From the NCBI GenBank assembly GCA_011109175.1, contig RDEW01000038.1, forward strand, positions 491,155-555,154: 64,000 nt of DNA, read 5' to 3'. How positions within the stretch are numbered: the stretch's first letter is position 1; each line of letters begins with the position of its first letter. Source of the stretch: Dicyema japonicum. Its lineage: Eukaryota; Animalia; Dicyemida. Positions 1-13,146 of the stretch are shown here, in pieces. A program made the position numbers and the translations under genes. A model generated the notes under the pieces. That model had not been told where the DNA came from. It did not search any database and saw only the letters and a program-made list of their open reading frames with translations.

Positions 1-964
1 TGCTCATTTCCGATATGGACGTGGTCCGCATACTGGAGTCTTTCCAGGGGCACTGTTCCAGTCACCTCTATCAAATTTTCAAGCACAGTTAAATTATTTT
101 TTTAATTTGCTCTGACATTTAAATTAATTATTTTGAAACTACTGGTAATATTTTCCGTATTAATTTGCGCATTCAAGAAATCCTATAATTTTAAATCCAA
201 ATCTCGACAGTCTAGTTATCTAATTTGTTGGAAGATTTTATTCTGATCTTAGCATTTTCATGATGCGAAAGTCGTTTTGTAGGAGAAGGGCCTTTATTTG
301 AGTCTGTTTTTCAGAAAATTTAAACAAGCAATTTGAGAATGTATAATAAAGCCCCTGTTTGGCACTTTATACCAGTAACGGTTTTTAATAGGTAGACAAG
401 TCACTAATCAGTGGATTTTTTTATTTTCATTTTCCGTTTAAGATTGGATTAATTCCTTTACGACAGTCTAATACTCAATTTATATGAGATGTATTGAGAG
501 TCATCGTCAAACACTTGGAGTCACATATTAACTTCGGCAGCCTTACTTCAAATTTATCACTGTCCTAACTTTAAGGTTATTGGGTTTTCCTAACTTTAAT
601 TAACCACTAAAGTTTGATGGTAAATAAAATTCTCTGTTTATTTTTACAAAATATTAGGCTTTCAATCATAAAAAATAATAAATGTAAAAAAGTACTTACT
701 TGCCAATTTTAAAGTATTTTTGTTCACAAAATATATATATGTCAATGTTCACAATTTGAAATCAATCTTATCAAAAAATCATATTTTTGCAAAAAAGTGA
801 GTTTTGGTCACAAAATAAAATGTACTCAACAAAAACCCAACTAATTTGTGAGTTGAGATTGTTTTTTATGGTGTATTGCTTATATCAACTGACCTTTTTA
901 TGAATTGAAAGCAGATAATTCAAATTGGATATTTAACTACTTGGTTTGGCAATATGATGCTCAA

Positions 965-2050
965 CCAATATTAAAAAGTTATTGAACGTATCATTTTCAA
1001 AAGGATAAGCAGACATATAGAAGAAACCTACTTTCTGATTCCGGAGCAGTGGGGTTTTCGTCCCGGAAAAGGCTGTGCAGTCTGTTTCTTTCTACTGAAT
1101 TCTGAAATCATGAAAGCAAAGGATTCCAAGAGACAAATAAACTTATTATGTCTTGATATCTCGAAAGCATTCGACAGTGTATGCCATGAAGCGTTGTTAT
1201 AGCAGCTTGTATCAGCATGTGTTCCAAGATATTTATTTGTTTGGCTAAGAAATTATCTTCAGAAAAGACAATCTTTGTGAAGGTGTGTGGATATATATCT
1301 GATGCAATATCATTCAAATGAGGAGTACCTCAAGGTTCAGTATTGAGCTCTATTTGTTTAATACATTTATGGCGTGTTTTCCACGTCCGAGGAAAATTAA
1401 TGCTAGTCTTCTATTTATGCGGATGACGTAATCGTTGTGGACACATCTCTAAAATCTTCTATATCTGAAGGAAGAATCCGGGAGTATTGGTGCAACCTGA
1501 GAGGGCTAAAGCTCTCTGCTGAAAAATCTTGCGCACTCTGAATAAGCAGTTTGAAAAAGCACCTGAAACAAAAATAAATACTGGGAGTAAACAATTCACA
1601 CAGTTTGCGCTACCTGGGGGTCAACTATGGACACGCAAGAGATTACATGGACGAAATAAAGAGGAGGAGAAAGAGAGCCTTTCAGTCGCTCATATGTATA
1701 CGGAAGATACACGTTAGCCGTGACACTTACCTGTTTATCTTCAAGGGAGTTATTTCTCCCTAGCCTACTTTATGGGTGCGAGGGGTGGTTCTTCTCTCAA
1801 AGAGGGACAAGATCTTATCCCTCCTAGAGATGACTAGAAGAGCTGCAATTAAGCTCTCCTTAAAAAGAAACTGAAAAACTGTCTAAACGAGGACGAAAAC
1901 AAGCTCCTGGAACCGATTAGCAAGATTGTGGAGGATCGGATCAATGGTTTCAAGATGAGATCAAAGGTTCAGGACACATACATAAAGCTGGGAGAATAAA
2001 GATTAAAAAGCTGGGAGAAACGTTCCGAAAAAGATAAATAATAAAAAAAG
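965..2050 (+). mobile_element. Degenerate non-LTR retrotransposon RT and 3' region (Jockey/I-like, family 1)
   Basis: Broken-frame RT motifs EQWGFRPGKGC, CLDISKAFDSVCH, GVPQGSVL, YADDV, followed by an A-rich 3' end. Near-identical inverted copy at 2930-3800. Confidence 0.85.
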
Positions 2051-2159
2051 GAGGAAGTGTCCGTGTGGAGTCCAAGCCTTATGGTAGGACTCAGATGTAA
2101 TACCCTCCAGAAATCTCCTTAACTCTTTTGTCAATAAATCGTTGTTGTTGTTGTTATTG

Positions 2160-2320
2160 CAATAAATTTTTGTACTTTTGCCTTTGTTACGTTTTAAATC
2201 ATTTTGATGATGTGCAGTTGTTCAATATTTGTGGTTATAATCAATATATTGTGATTTCATTGGTTTCATTAAGACTCCTGTAACCACATGTTTTGGACTG
2301 ATAAGTTTGACTTATCAGCC
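2160..2320. repeat. Dispersed repeat, second copy at about 38960-39110
   Basis: Shared blocks CTTTTGCCTTTGTTACGTTTT and GACTCCTGTAACCA..TGTTTTGGACTGATAAGTTTGACTTA. Confidence 0.75.
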
Positions 2321-2424
2321 CGAACACGAAATGGCCCCGGGTTCTCATACTAATCGACAATTATTATTATTTTACTAAAGAATTATCTTCTTTTCTCATA
2401 TATATCACTGTTTTTACAAAATTG

Positions 2425-2590
2425 AAATTATGTCCTAATTTTGATATCCTAATTTATTAATGAAACAGAATTCTTAGAAGGAATTCTGTTTAAACAGTCA
2501 ATAAATAAAGCTTTGAGTTTTTACAACTTCAGACGTACGCACGCAACAAGCTTATAATAAAAAGAAAATGAACAACTTTATATGATTCAC
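2425..2590 (+). repeat. Dispersed coding-like relic (copies at about 13580-13755 and 18815-18870), possibly integrase C-terminal remnant
   Basis: Shared CTAATTTATTAATG..ACAGAA and AGCTTTGAGTT.TTAC. Conserved translation ALSFYNFRRTHAT / ALSSYNLRCKHAT. Family identity is a guess. Confidence 0.5.
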
Positions 2591-2929
2591 CAACTTACAG
2601 TTTATGGAGGTAATAAAAAATGGAGAATTGGAATTATCAACTCCAATAAAAATTGTAATCAATTCATAAATCATTTCATATGTCTTTGACTTGTGGTTTT
2701 TAAAAATGAACACACAATTGGATTTTGTGAATATTTTGGAAAATGGATGCATCCAATATAAGTAGCCTATTGGAAAATATTACATGGCTATTTTGTTAAT
2801 GAAATAAATATTGGTTTTAAAAATTTTTTTATGAACAGCTAGAAACAAATAAAGGCGTCACTGGTTTTTTCACAACATAAGAATTCACTTGGACATCATC
2901 TGGTTCTGACCAATATTAACGTTAGTATA

Positions 2930-4500
2930 CCTTAATTGCAGCACTTCTAGTCTTCTCTAGGAGGGATATGATCTTGTCCCTCTTCGGACAGAAGAACCAC
3001 CCCTCGAACCCATAAAGAAGGTTAGGGAGAATAACTTCCTTAAAGATAAACAGGTTAGTGTCACGGCTAACGTGTAACTTCCGTGTACATAGGAGCGACT
3101 GTAAGGCTCACTTTCTCCTCCTCTTTATTTCGTCCATGTAATCTCTTGTGTTCCATAGTTGACCCCCAGGTAGCGCAGACTGTGTGAATTGTTTACTCCC
3201 AGTATTTATTTTTGTTTCAGGTGCTTTTTCAAATTGCTTATTCAGAGTGCGCAAGATTTTTCAGCAGAGAGCTTTAGCCCTCTCAAGTTGCACCAATACT
3301 CCCGGATTCTTCCTTCAGATATAGAAGATTTTAGAGATGTGTCCACAACGATTACGTTATCCGCATAAATAAGAAGACTAGTATTAATATTCCTCGGACG
3401 TGAAAAACTCGCCATAAATATATTAAACAAAATAGGGCCCAATACTGAACCTTGAGGTACTCCTCTTTTGAATGATATTTCATCAGATATATATCCACAC
3501 CCTTTCACAAAAGATTGTCTTTCCTGAAAATAATTTCTTAGCCAAACAAATAGGTATCTTAAAACACATGCTGATACAAGCTGCTTTAACAAAGCTTCAT
3601 GGCATACACTGTCGAATGCTTTCGAGATATCAAGACATAATAAGTTTATTAGTCTCTTGGAATCTTTTGCTTTCATTATTTCAGAATTCAGTAGAAAGAA
3701 ACAGTCTGCACAGCCTCTTCCGGGAGGAAAACCACACTGCTCCGGAATCAGAAAGTCGTTTTCTTCTATATGTCTGCTTAGCCATTTGAAAATGATACGT
3801 TCAATCACTTTCGCGAAAGAACATATTAAGCTAATTGTTCTGTAGCTTGCCGGATCTCTCTTTGACTTCCCTGGTTTTGGAATCATCCTCACAACAGCTT
3901 TCTTCCACATTAAAGGTAAGTGGCCACAAAATATCCGGACCCTCTTTGATAAGTTTCATTGATGTGTGGTCATATCATGACCTTGCATTCCCTGATAGCT
4001 GTCATCATTTCAAAGATTCTGACAGTACTATCGGCTATAGGTAGTTCCTCGTCGGAGTGTTTAGATATATCGGCAGACACCTTTTTTTTGTCATCAGGGA
4101 TCAAACTCTACGGATCCACATCCTGAATTTTTTGGAGCTGATCCCTCAATATCGAAAGTTTTTCCTCCGTTATGTATACTCCCGCGTCTAGTTTATCCAG
4201 TATATTTTTTTCTGCACCCGACTTGGACACATTATTTTCTGATAGCATTTCCAAAAAATGGATTCATCATATAAATTTTTGCAGCCTCAGATCATCCATA
4301 TACGGTCTGTCTCCTCCTTCCATATATTGCAGATTGCTTCCTTCATTATCCTGATTCTGGCTGATATGAATTCCCCGTCTATTTTGTCAGCACAACGTCT
4401 TTGCTTTGCTCTTAGGCGATTCCTCTTCCGAATAAGCCTCATAATAAATTTATTGCCAAATCAAATCAAACCAAATTTATTCCAAGTAAGTAAAAAAAGT
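2930..4500 (-). mobile_element. Degenerate non-LTR retrotransposon (family 1), RT region plus upstream linker
   Basis: ORF 3242-3910: WKKAVVRMIPKPGK..YRTISL..QCGF..DISKAFDSV..GVPQGSVLGP..YADN. Confidence 0.9.
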
Positions 4501-4509
4501 TATTTTTAG

Positions 4510-6520
4510 GATATTTAAATGTGTCCGCCTATGCGTCCTGGATACTTCCGATGTATCCATACTCCATTTAGATATCTTCTATCGTCGGATCCCATTGATT
4601 CTTTTCTCTACGATGTTTTTAACAGGAGTTAGAATCATGTCTTCTTCAGTGCTGAGAGCATCCCAGAGCCTTTTTCCTAAAGCCAACTTTATTGCCGACC
4701 TTCTGGTTTTTTCCATGAGAAACATTATTCTTTCTCTTTGGCAAGAAAAAAACCATGCTTCGCATCCATATAGCAGTTCCGATAGGATGATCCTCATGAA
4801 GATGAACAAGAAGGTTTCCAGGCTTACAAGCAACTTTCTCGTACATAAGACTGCTTGAAGCGCCTTCTTCCTTCTTCGTCTTATGTCCTCCATGAGTGAA
4901 CCATTTAAATCGATTGCTATCCCGAGGTAGCGCATTGAGTTTATTTTAGGAATCTCTAATGAGTAGGCTGCTTCTGATGCCTCCTTAGGCAACTCACTCG
5001 TACAGAGCTAATTTTTTCCGTAGACAATCTCATCCCTCTTTTTGTGCACCAGTCCTGAACTTGTCTATTGAATGACATGATCCTTTTCTCCGAAAGAGTT
5101 GATTTGCCAGATGTATCTGTGATCAGAATATCATCGACGTATATCAATAGTTTTGTGTTTATATCCGGTGGAGTTGAAAAATCTGATAGGAATATGTTGA
5201 ATAGCAGACGGCTCAGGACGGAACCCTGAGGATTTCCCCTCTTCAGTATGATGTCTTTCGACATATGTGCTCCAACACGTACTTGGGAAATCCGTCCTGT
5301 TAGGAAATCCTCATCCAGATGAGAAGTTTCTTTTGGATCTGAGCAGCTGCTGGCCTTGATAGGATTGCTTCATGCCACACACTATCGAAAGCCTTGGACA
5401 GATCCAAACATACCAGGTTGACTTGTCTTATGACTTCCAGACCTTTCAATTCCGTTGAATGCATCTGGTAGATACAGTCCGTGCATGATTTTCCAGGTTT
5501 GAAGCCCCATTGTTCTGATAGGAGGAAACCACTCTCTTCTATGTGGTCGTTAAGCCTTATGAAAATAATTCGTTCGATAATCTTGAAGTTCGAACAGATG
5601 AGGCTTATTGGCCTATAGCTGAGAGGGTTCCTCCTCAATTTTCCCGGTTTCAGTATCATTCGGACAATGGAAGATTTCCAGCGTTTTGGGACATGAACAT
5701 GATGAATGCTTGCATTGAATAAATTCTAGTATGGGAAATAGATCCTCTGGGGTTTTCTTGAACAATCTCATGCTTAGATGGTCAAGTCCAGGAGCGTTAG
5801 CCTTGCATTTCATGATTGCAGTCATGCGTAGTTATTTTCATTTCAGTATCTTTAAGATCGTCCAAACAGTAGGTTAAAATTTCACGTGAAAAATCTAACG
5901 TCTCCCTCGGAATGAGCACCGTCGGGTTGACCCCCTGAATACGATCCAGTTGTTACTTAAAAATATCTGGGGCTTTTTCCATAGAACACAGTCCACCTTC
6001 TGGCTTAGTCAAGGAGATTTTTATGTCATTCCTTTTCTGGCTAGTTATTCTTTTGTAGAACTTCCAGAACGAGGGGTCTTTGGTGTTTAGTTTGCTTGCC
6101 TCTACCCTCAAACATTGTTCTTGAGATAGTTTTATTCCTTCTTCAATCGCTTTCTTGGTTATCTTCAATTGTCCGGTTAGTGCAATCCGGTGTATCCAGT
6201 CCACACATCTTCTGAGTTTAGTCCTCAGGCGATTCCTTTCATTGATCAAAGAAAATGTGGAAATCGAAAGACTGATGCTCTTTCCATGATTAGTACTCGA
6301 GGATCTCCTTCTTGCGTAAAGCATTAAGTATGTCTCCATCATGATAGAGAGTTCATTGTCTATGATGTCGATATCACTTCGGGAATAATCTTTAATCTTC
6401 CAGTGTTTGAGGTTTCTTGATATGTACATTCTGTAGTGTTCCCAGTTTATTCTTGTTAGTCGTAACCTGTAAACACAGAGTCCATGGAGTCTGGAGCTAG
6501 GTTCAATAACATCTCTTGGG
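4510..6520 (-). mobile_element. Degenerate non-LTR retrotransposon related to family 1 (end of endonuclease, RT, C-terminus)
   Basis: ORFs 5300-5659 (YRPISL, WGFKPG, DLSKAFDSV), 4956-5264 (PQGSVLS, YVDD), 4579-4992 (RYLGI) and 5613-5825 (KANAPGLD). Confidence 0.9.
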
Positions 6521-6539
6521 GTATATGATCAATATATGA

Positions 6540-7540
6540 TAATGATACTTTTGAAGACAACAATTCAAAAATTTAAGAAATTCACTTAGAATCTTTGACC
6601 CGAGATTTGAAAAAATAATTTTCCGACTTTGGTTCCCTATTCAGTCATCAGTACATAGAGTAACAGAACGTTTAAATATTCCAAGATTGATTTAATTCAG
6701 ACAAGCGATGACCTTGATGCCTTTAATAAAATTATTGACCTTAAATCTGAAGTGTAGTCGTATTGGCATCAAAATTGGCTGTCAAAAGTGGAATGTACCC
6801 TTGGTAGGAGTAAGGCGAATGAAAATGATACTTTGAGAGAATGCGAAAGACGAAGACTTATCAAAAGTTGATGAAACAAATAAAGTAATGAATAAATTCG
6901 CAAACAGAATACTCGCTGACAAGTTTTCATTTTTGGTAAAGTTGGATTCAATAGATGTTGAAAACACGGAACATTTAAAAATGTTGAAACAACACGGTCA
7001 GAATTTTGCAAAACATTTTGATACTGACGGGAACTCATCTATTCTCTACGAAGAAATCGTTGACTGTCTTTACGAATTGTAAACAGAACTGCGAAGGATT
7101 TCTTGCTTTATTATTTGATTTTTGTTGGGAAATTTTCCTAACTTTTTGCATTGCATATATTACTCACATCTGACAGCTTAATTGCTTGTGTGGACATTCT
7201 TTTCAAAAGGTAAACATATACAAACATATTTGAGATCTTTGATGTCAAATTAGTCAAGTTTATCTTTGATCAGAGTTGAATATAAATTCCTGACAATCGA
7301 GGTGAAAGAAGCTTTGGTACAGACTTTTGTTAACAGCAAGGATGCGTTTGGGCATGCAAACTAAGTGAGTTTTTGTTTATTGTTAATAAATTGAATAATG
7401 ATACACCATACATTAATTGATCGTTCATTCATTCTGATTTATGACAACATAAAATATTTAGTACGGTTTCTTAAGTTAGTTTTAAGGGGCATAATGATTA
7501 TATACTCGTCCCAGGCAGCAAAAAACTTGGCACGCCCTTG
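6540..7540 (+). mobile_element. hAT-superfamily transposase remnant (C-terminal dimerization region and right end)
   Basis: Degenerate translation at 7150-7290 resembles the hAT LP-S-A-CERSFS-LK-IK-YLRS-M motif. GC-rich end TTGGCACGCCCTTG near 7527-7540 is hAT-terminus-like. Confidence 0.55.
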
Positions 7541-7949
7541 AGTACAGCCACTGTAATTCTGCTAGGAAAAGTGTCGACCACTTATCGACAAGGTGTGGTC
7601 TTATGCTAACGGCAACTGCATGAAATGGCAAACTGAGGTGTTCATACATCTACACCATTCGTCAATATGGAATTAAGAAGACAGAGACTCAGAGACATAC
7701 TCCATGCAGTCTATTATTTCAAACGCCTCTGTAGAGATTCGATTGGATATAGCAGGTGCTACAGATTCAAAGCTACGGAAAACAAACCGGACTTATTTTG
7801 CTTGATAAAAGGAGCACCAACGCTGATTGAAATAGGAATCATTTTCCAACATGTATTATGACAAGTCGAAGTAGAAAAACTGCATAAATACGATCTGTTT
7901 GCCAGCGAATTGTCATTAATTCAAAACGCAATAATAAAACATAAATATA

Positions 7950-8240
7950 GGTTAATCACACCAGACGGGGGATACTGATATCGATATCGGAACGATCGGC
8001 GAATGATGTGCTTTTAAAGGATGCTGTTTGTTTAAAATTCTGAATGAAGAAATTGCGGTCAAATAAAATATCCAGACCCTCTTTGAAAAGTTTATTGATA
8101 TGTGGTCATATCCGGGTACATTGACCTTGCATTCCATGATTGCTCTCATCACTTCTAAGATGCATACAGTGCCATCAACAATTAACAGATTCTCAACGGA
8201 GTGATTAAATATATCGGCAAACATCTTTTTTTATCATCTA
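7950..8240 (-). mobile_element. Short non-LTR fragment (pre-RT linker, family 1-related)
   Basis: IMECKVNVPGYDHI matches IMKCKANAPGLDHL at 5613-5825. Confidence 0.7.
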
Positions 8241-8689
8241 GGATCAAGCTAATTCATAAGAATGCTAAATCAACTAAGGTCCCATTTGTGCCAAAAGGAT
8301 GTTTCTTAGTCGATTTTAATCGATTTAGTTTTAACGAAACGATACGAATGATATCGTGAAACCAAGTGTATTTTCCCGATTAATTTTCTATGATATAACA
8401 ATCAAGAAAGAATTATTTGCTATTACACTAATGAAAGAATAAACAACTAGTATATCTATTATTATTATTAAACCAAAAATCACCGACAAATTAAATAACT
8501 ACTTGTGATTCCGGCCGCCTTGAGTCATGTGATTTTGGCCGCCTCGAGTAGCCATCTCATTCTTGCTCAGTTTTCTTCCCGGGTTGCAACGCATTTTCGG
8601 ATTGAGCGGGGGTTTTTTAACTTTTTTGGAGGGTAGTAAGTCTCCGGTGTTCTTCACTAATTATTCAAAAGGTGTAGTGTTTAGAGGTG

Positions 8690-9330
8690 TCTAATAAGAC
8701 CTTTGCAAAGCCTTACTGGCTATTTTTTGGAAGGTATTGATTTTTTCTATATTCCTGTTTGATAGTTTGGTTCCCCATGCAGCACACCCGAAAGTTAGAG
8801 ACGGTTGAATACACTGCACGTAGACCGAGTCCAAATTTAAGTTGAAACACATATTATCTTGTCCAAGGAGTGTTTTAACAAAATTTATCTTTCGTTGTGC
8901 CGAAGAGATGACGTTGTCGATGTGTTTGCTGAAGGTGGGTCGTAAGTTACGCCCAGTATCTTGACCGAGTTGGTCGTGGGGATTGAGTTTCCATTTATGG
9001 TTGCACATGGATCGGAGTTTATCAATTATCCTATTGTTGTGAAAATTGTTGTATAAGACTTTTTCAGGACTTGCATGTAAAATGTTCTTAAAGAGCAAAC
9101 AGTTCAGATCGTCCAATGAAGCTTGTATCCTGTAAACAGCAGTATTAACGCACTGGTCTTTGACTGCAACGATTATGTCATCCGCATATGTAAAAACCAG
9201 AATATTGTCACTGGTATAGGAAAGCATATCATTCAAGAATAATATCAATAATTATAGAGATAATGCTGGCGATACTAAGAATACGGTCTGTCCCCACCAT
9301 AAAAATATGATTTGTGTCATCCAACGTAAT
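8690..9330 (-). mobile_element. Non-LTR retrotransposon RT C-terminal fragment
   Basis: ORF 8691-9248 contains FTYADDIIV, FSKHID, and YVQCIQPSLTFGCAAW. Confidence 0.85.
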
Positions 9331-9440
9331 GATCACAAAGCCACATCAAACAGACAATAATTCAAAACGCCGTCCATCATGATCTGTCTTTAAACAAACA
9401 TTACTATTATTATTAGATTTAATATTGCCAATTATCAAAC

Positions 9441-9920
9441 AGTTAGTTGATCCCAGTCGTCGTAATCAATTGTGCCATTCGACGTCTGTGATCTTCCATT
9501 GTCCCCACTACTTTCCGGAAGAGTCTTCTCTTGGTCTTGCAGAGGAATCAGCTCGGGGATAAGAATTTCCTATCCAATCGGTTTTCTCTTGCCATGGAAA
9601 GGATCAGGCGAAGCGGGTTTTCATCTTCCTCACAGACGCGAAGAAATCCGGAGCCACGACTACGGATCTTAGCTTCCATAAGTAGTGGGTCGACTGTTGA
9701 TCCATACGTGGGCAAAGCATACTGATTGTTTTCCGGTGTATTGAGTTGACTTTTTGGACCATAGACTCCGATAGCGCGAATCTCTGTGCAACGGAGGCAT
9801 ACTCAACGGCTGGCGAGATTGTTTGTTGGTAGAGGATAGAAACAGAAAAGTCCATGTTCCTCGGGGTCCTCCGTAGAGCAAAAGGCTTGATAACTCATTA
9901 TTCAAATCTTTGCTGTACAT
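9441..9920 (-). mobile_element. 3' end of non-LTR retrotransposon (GI[T/N]-stop tail family)
   Basis: LYQQTISPAVEYASVA post-RT motif. Ends ACT GGG ATC AAC TAA CTG TTT, matching the GGGATCAC-TTAG tail seen elsewhere in the window. Confidence 0.7.
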
Positions 9921-11029
9921 TCAGGTTGAAGGTTTCACGCATCTAAGATGGTTTGAAATATCACTTAACTACTAAGAGTATTGATCACTTCAATAGAAAT
10001 GGGAAAGCTCCATGTGCTTGCTTACGGGACAAATCCTCATAATCGATTCACCTGTGGTTGAGCAACTTCTTGGTTAGAGCAACTTCTTGGGAAGTCGGTT
10101 GAAAAGCCTTGCCGTTTTTTATTACTTCCCCTTAATTTAATACGAGTGTTTCCTTTAATAGTGTTTCGTGTTCTTTCTGTTGCAAAGTTGGCCGTCAGTT
10201 CGATGGCGGAAGTGGACGGAATACATTTTAAGAAGATTATGATCATGTGTTATAATTTCCAGAATGTTAACTACATATTCAAAAAAATGAAAAATAGTAC
10301 GAAACCGTAAGAGTGATCAAACCCTAAATTGGATTAAACACCTAGCAGCCTCGCAAAATTCGATCCATCACTGATAAATAACAAATATATTGCTACGAAT
10401 TGATTATTATTCGAAATTGAGACTTCTGGGCTTTATAGTTCAATCAATATATAAATAAATGGATCAGATATAAATTATGAGAAAAATCATGAGATTGAGA
10501 TACGGGATTTTTTAAGTAAGCCTTGGACGATTGTCTTAGAGCTCCCGAAATTCCCACAGAAACAGCAAGAAACGTGTTAAATCTTCTTAACATATTTTTA
10601 TAGTAAAAATTAAATTATGAATGAAAATGATGCTGATTTTGATGTCAAAACAGATAAATTTTAATTCAGCTAAATGAATAAATACTTCTATTATTTTTAT
10701 TGTGACTAGAAAAAGACTAAAAACTATGTGATCTTGATTTCATCGATTCCATGGGTTTTCCTAATTTGAATATTGTCTTTGAACTGTTCAATGTAACAAA
10801 GAAATTCAATATTCTATTAAAATTAATCATTAATTGTTTAACGAAAATTTACAGAATGATAGCGTTAGTTAGTTAATTAATAGCACTCTCGCGTTGCCAT
10901 AAGCACATAAAATGCCTAGGGTTTCGCTTGTGCCGTACACTCGACTATCCTCTCATTCAGCCCTCTCCAGACGGATAACATGGTTAAGATAAATTATCGT
11001 TGAATACAAAAATAAATCAATTAAACTGT

Positions 11030-13146
11030 TTATTTTTTAATTAAGATATTTTTTAAATATCTATAATGTCTTTTTATTATGTCTAAAGCTCTAAGTGTAG
11101 TTGCTGATTCGTCTTTTGGTGTATTTCTTACCATAGATAAGTTTGATTTTTTAGAGCTTGTCTCCGCTTGACATTTTCGTTTATTACAAATATTCAATAT
11201 TAAAATAATCAAGCCTTGTGGACTCACTAAAATACAGAAAATGTATTCGATTATTTTAAATTTGTCGAATTCAAGGAAAAAGACCAAGAACCAGTTAATT
11301 CCTGCAAATGTAAAAAAATATAAACCTGATACAAAGAATAAGAAAATTAAAATAGAATTTTTTGATTTTATTGATTTTATTCTTCTTCCGTAATAAATCA
11401 ATTTGTAGAAAAATACAGTATAAAATAGTAATAATTAAAAATATAGCTGCACATGGAACTAACAGTCCTAAGTAGAATGCAGTTCCATGCAACATACATC
11501 TTAAAATATTGAATCAAATTTTACTTTTTATCCGAATGATAAGCATTTGTGGAAACTGAACTTATGACAATGACTATTAACAGTGGTATTCCTGCAAATT
11601 AACACAAACTTAACCCCAGTTAAGTGGAAGGAACTTTAAAATCAGATTATTCGTCTTCATACCAATAACTTGATGAATTTTATATAATGAATTATAGTCT
11701 GAAAAAGCATCCAGAAAAACTGAGTTAGTATTCCATAGTGTAATAGTGCTCCCACAGTGACACATTGAGTATAAGATTTTTCAAATCCTGAGAAAATTCC
11801 GAATATAAAAACAGTATTTGTTATTAAAATTGAGATTTCAAGGTTAATCAACGTCAACTGAATCTGAGATTTCATTAAAAGTCTAAAATAAGTAAATATG
11901 AACTTGATTGTCTAAAGAACATAATAAATGAAATAATTATTGAAATTACTGATATAGATAATCCAGTAATGGTGATATATGAGGTTACAGTTTTTTTCGA
12001 ATTTAATTGACCTTTTTTCGGATTCTAAATTTGAACGAAAGATTACGAATAAAACTGAAAAGCTCGTTAGATGGGAAGTAATGCATGTTACACTCCCGTT
12101 TTGATTAATTACGGTTATCATCGTTTTAGTATCCCATGATCCTTTGTTCCAATAAACACATTCATAGTTATACCGCATTTTCTGAAAAATATCTTCGAAA
12201 TGGATAGTCACATTATTGATTTTATCACTAAAAATTATTGACACCATCGTTCCGATTTCTGTACTTTCGTTAATTGCTTGAATTTTGTTGATAACTAAAA
12301 TTCGAGCTAAAAATAGTTTATCCTATTTTACCATTTCCTTTGATTGCATGATGATTTATAGTAATTTTAATTTTATCTGTTGAAATGGTGGATCCTGAAC
12401 GTAAATCCATTTGATTCATTAATGTAATACCCCCTCGAGTTACATTGAATGTTCTTTCAGATTGCATCTCTTCGATAATTGATTTTTTTCCATCAATTTC
12501 TAATGACCCTGAGTTTGTTTCCGTTACACTAAAAGCCTTATCAATTTGTTCTATAATCTCAACATTATTAAAATAGTGACCTTCTTTATATATTCTTCAT
12601 TTAATTCAATTTTTGGCGTGGTTGTTAGTGTAGCAGATGTTGTCGTTGGAGTAGTTGGTGTAGTCGGTGATGTTGTTGTTGGCGTAGTTGTTGGTGTAGT
12701 CGCTGGAGTTGTGGGTATTATAGTACCTTGATATATTTTTAAATGTAAACCAATCATAGACGAAAATCTATCCATTAATTCACTCCTGTTTATTCCCCTT
12801 TGTAGCTTCCGTAGTAATTCTATTTTCTTTAGATTCATTGATTTTTCAATTTTTTGTTCGATAATTGTAAAAATTTCCTCATCATGATATTCATTTAAAT
12901 CATTCTGATTTAGAAAAATAAGTATGGAAGTTTCATCTTCATCACGGAAATATTCTTCAAGCAAACCATTAACGCCTTTAAATAAATCAATTTTGCTAAC
13001 AATTGACATCTGTTGTAAAAGGATCTATCTATTTAATATTAAATTAAGCATACATCGCCTCTTCCAGGTTTCAAACAGATTCCATAACCATTTGCATACT
13101 GGACTGAAAAATATTTTATATTCAAAATCAGTAAAAGAAACAGCAT
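11030..13146 (-). pseudogene. Adhesion GPCR paralog A (signal peptide, Thr/Pro stalk, GAIN/GPS, 7TM); 7TM frameshifted in this assembly
   Basis: ATG 13146 MLFLLILNIKYFSVQ. GPS CVYWNKGSWD..VTCITSHLTSFSVLF. 7TM nearly identical to copy B but with a 1-nt loss near 11908, a 1-nt loss near 11670 and a 2-nt loss near 11412. Several 22-25 nt introns. Confidence 0.75.

Noticed and set aside
3472-3789. Conserved-looking ORF pair (with 1108-1317)
   Set aside because: Antisense frames of the duplicated LINE RT.
8505-8545. Tandem GTGATT..GGCCGCC motif, 24-nt period
   Set aside because: Resembles a DNA-transposon subterminal repeat, but no partner end was found.
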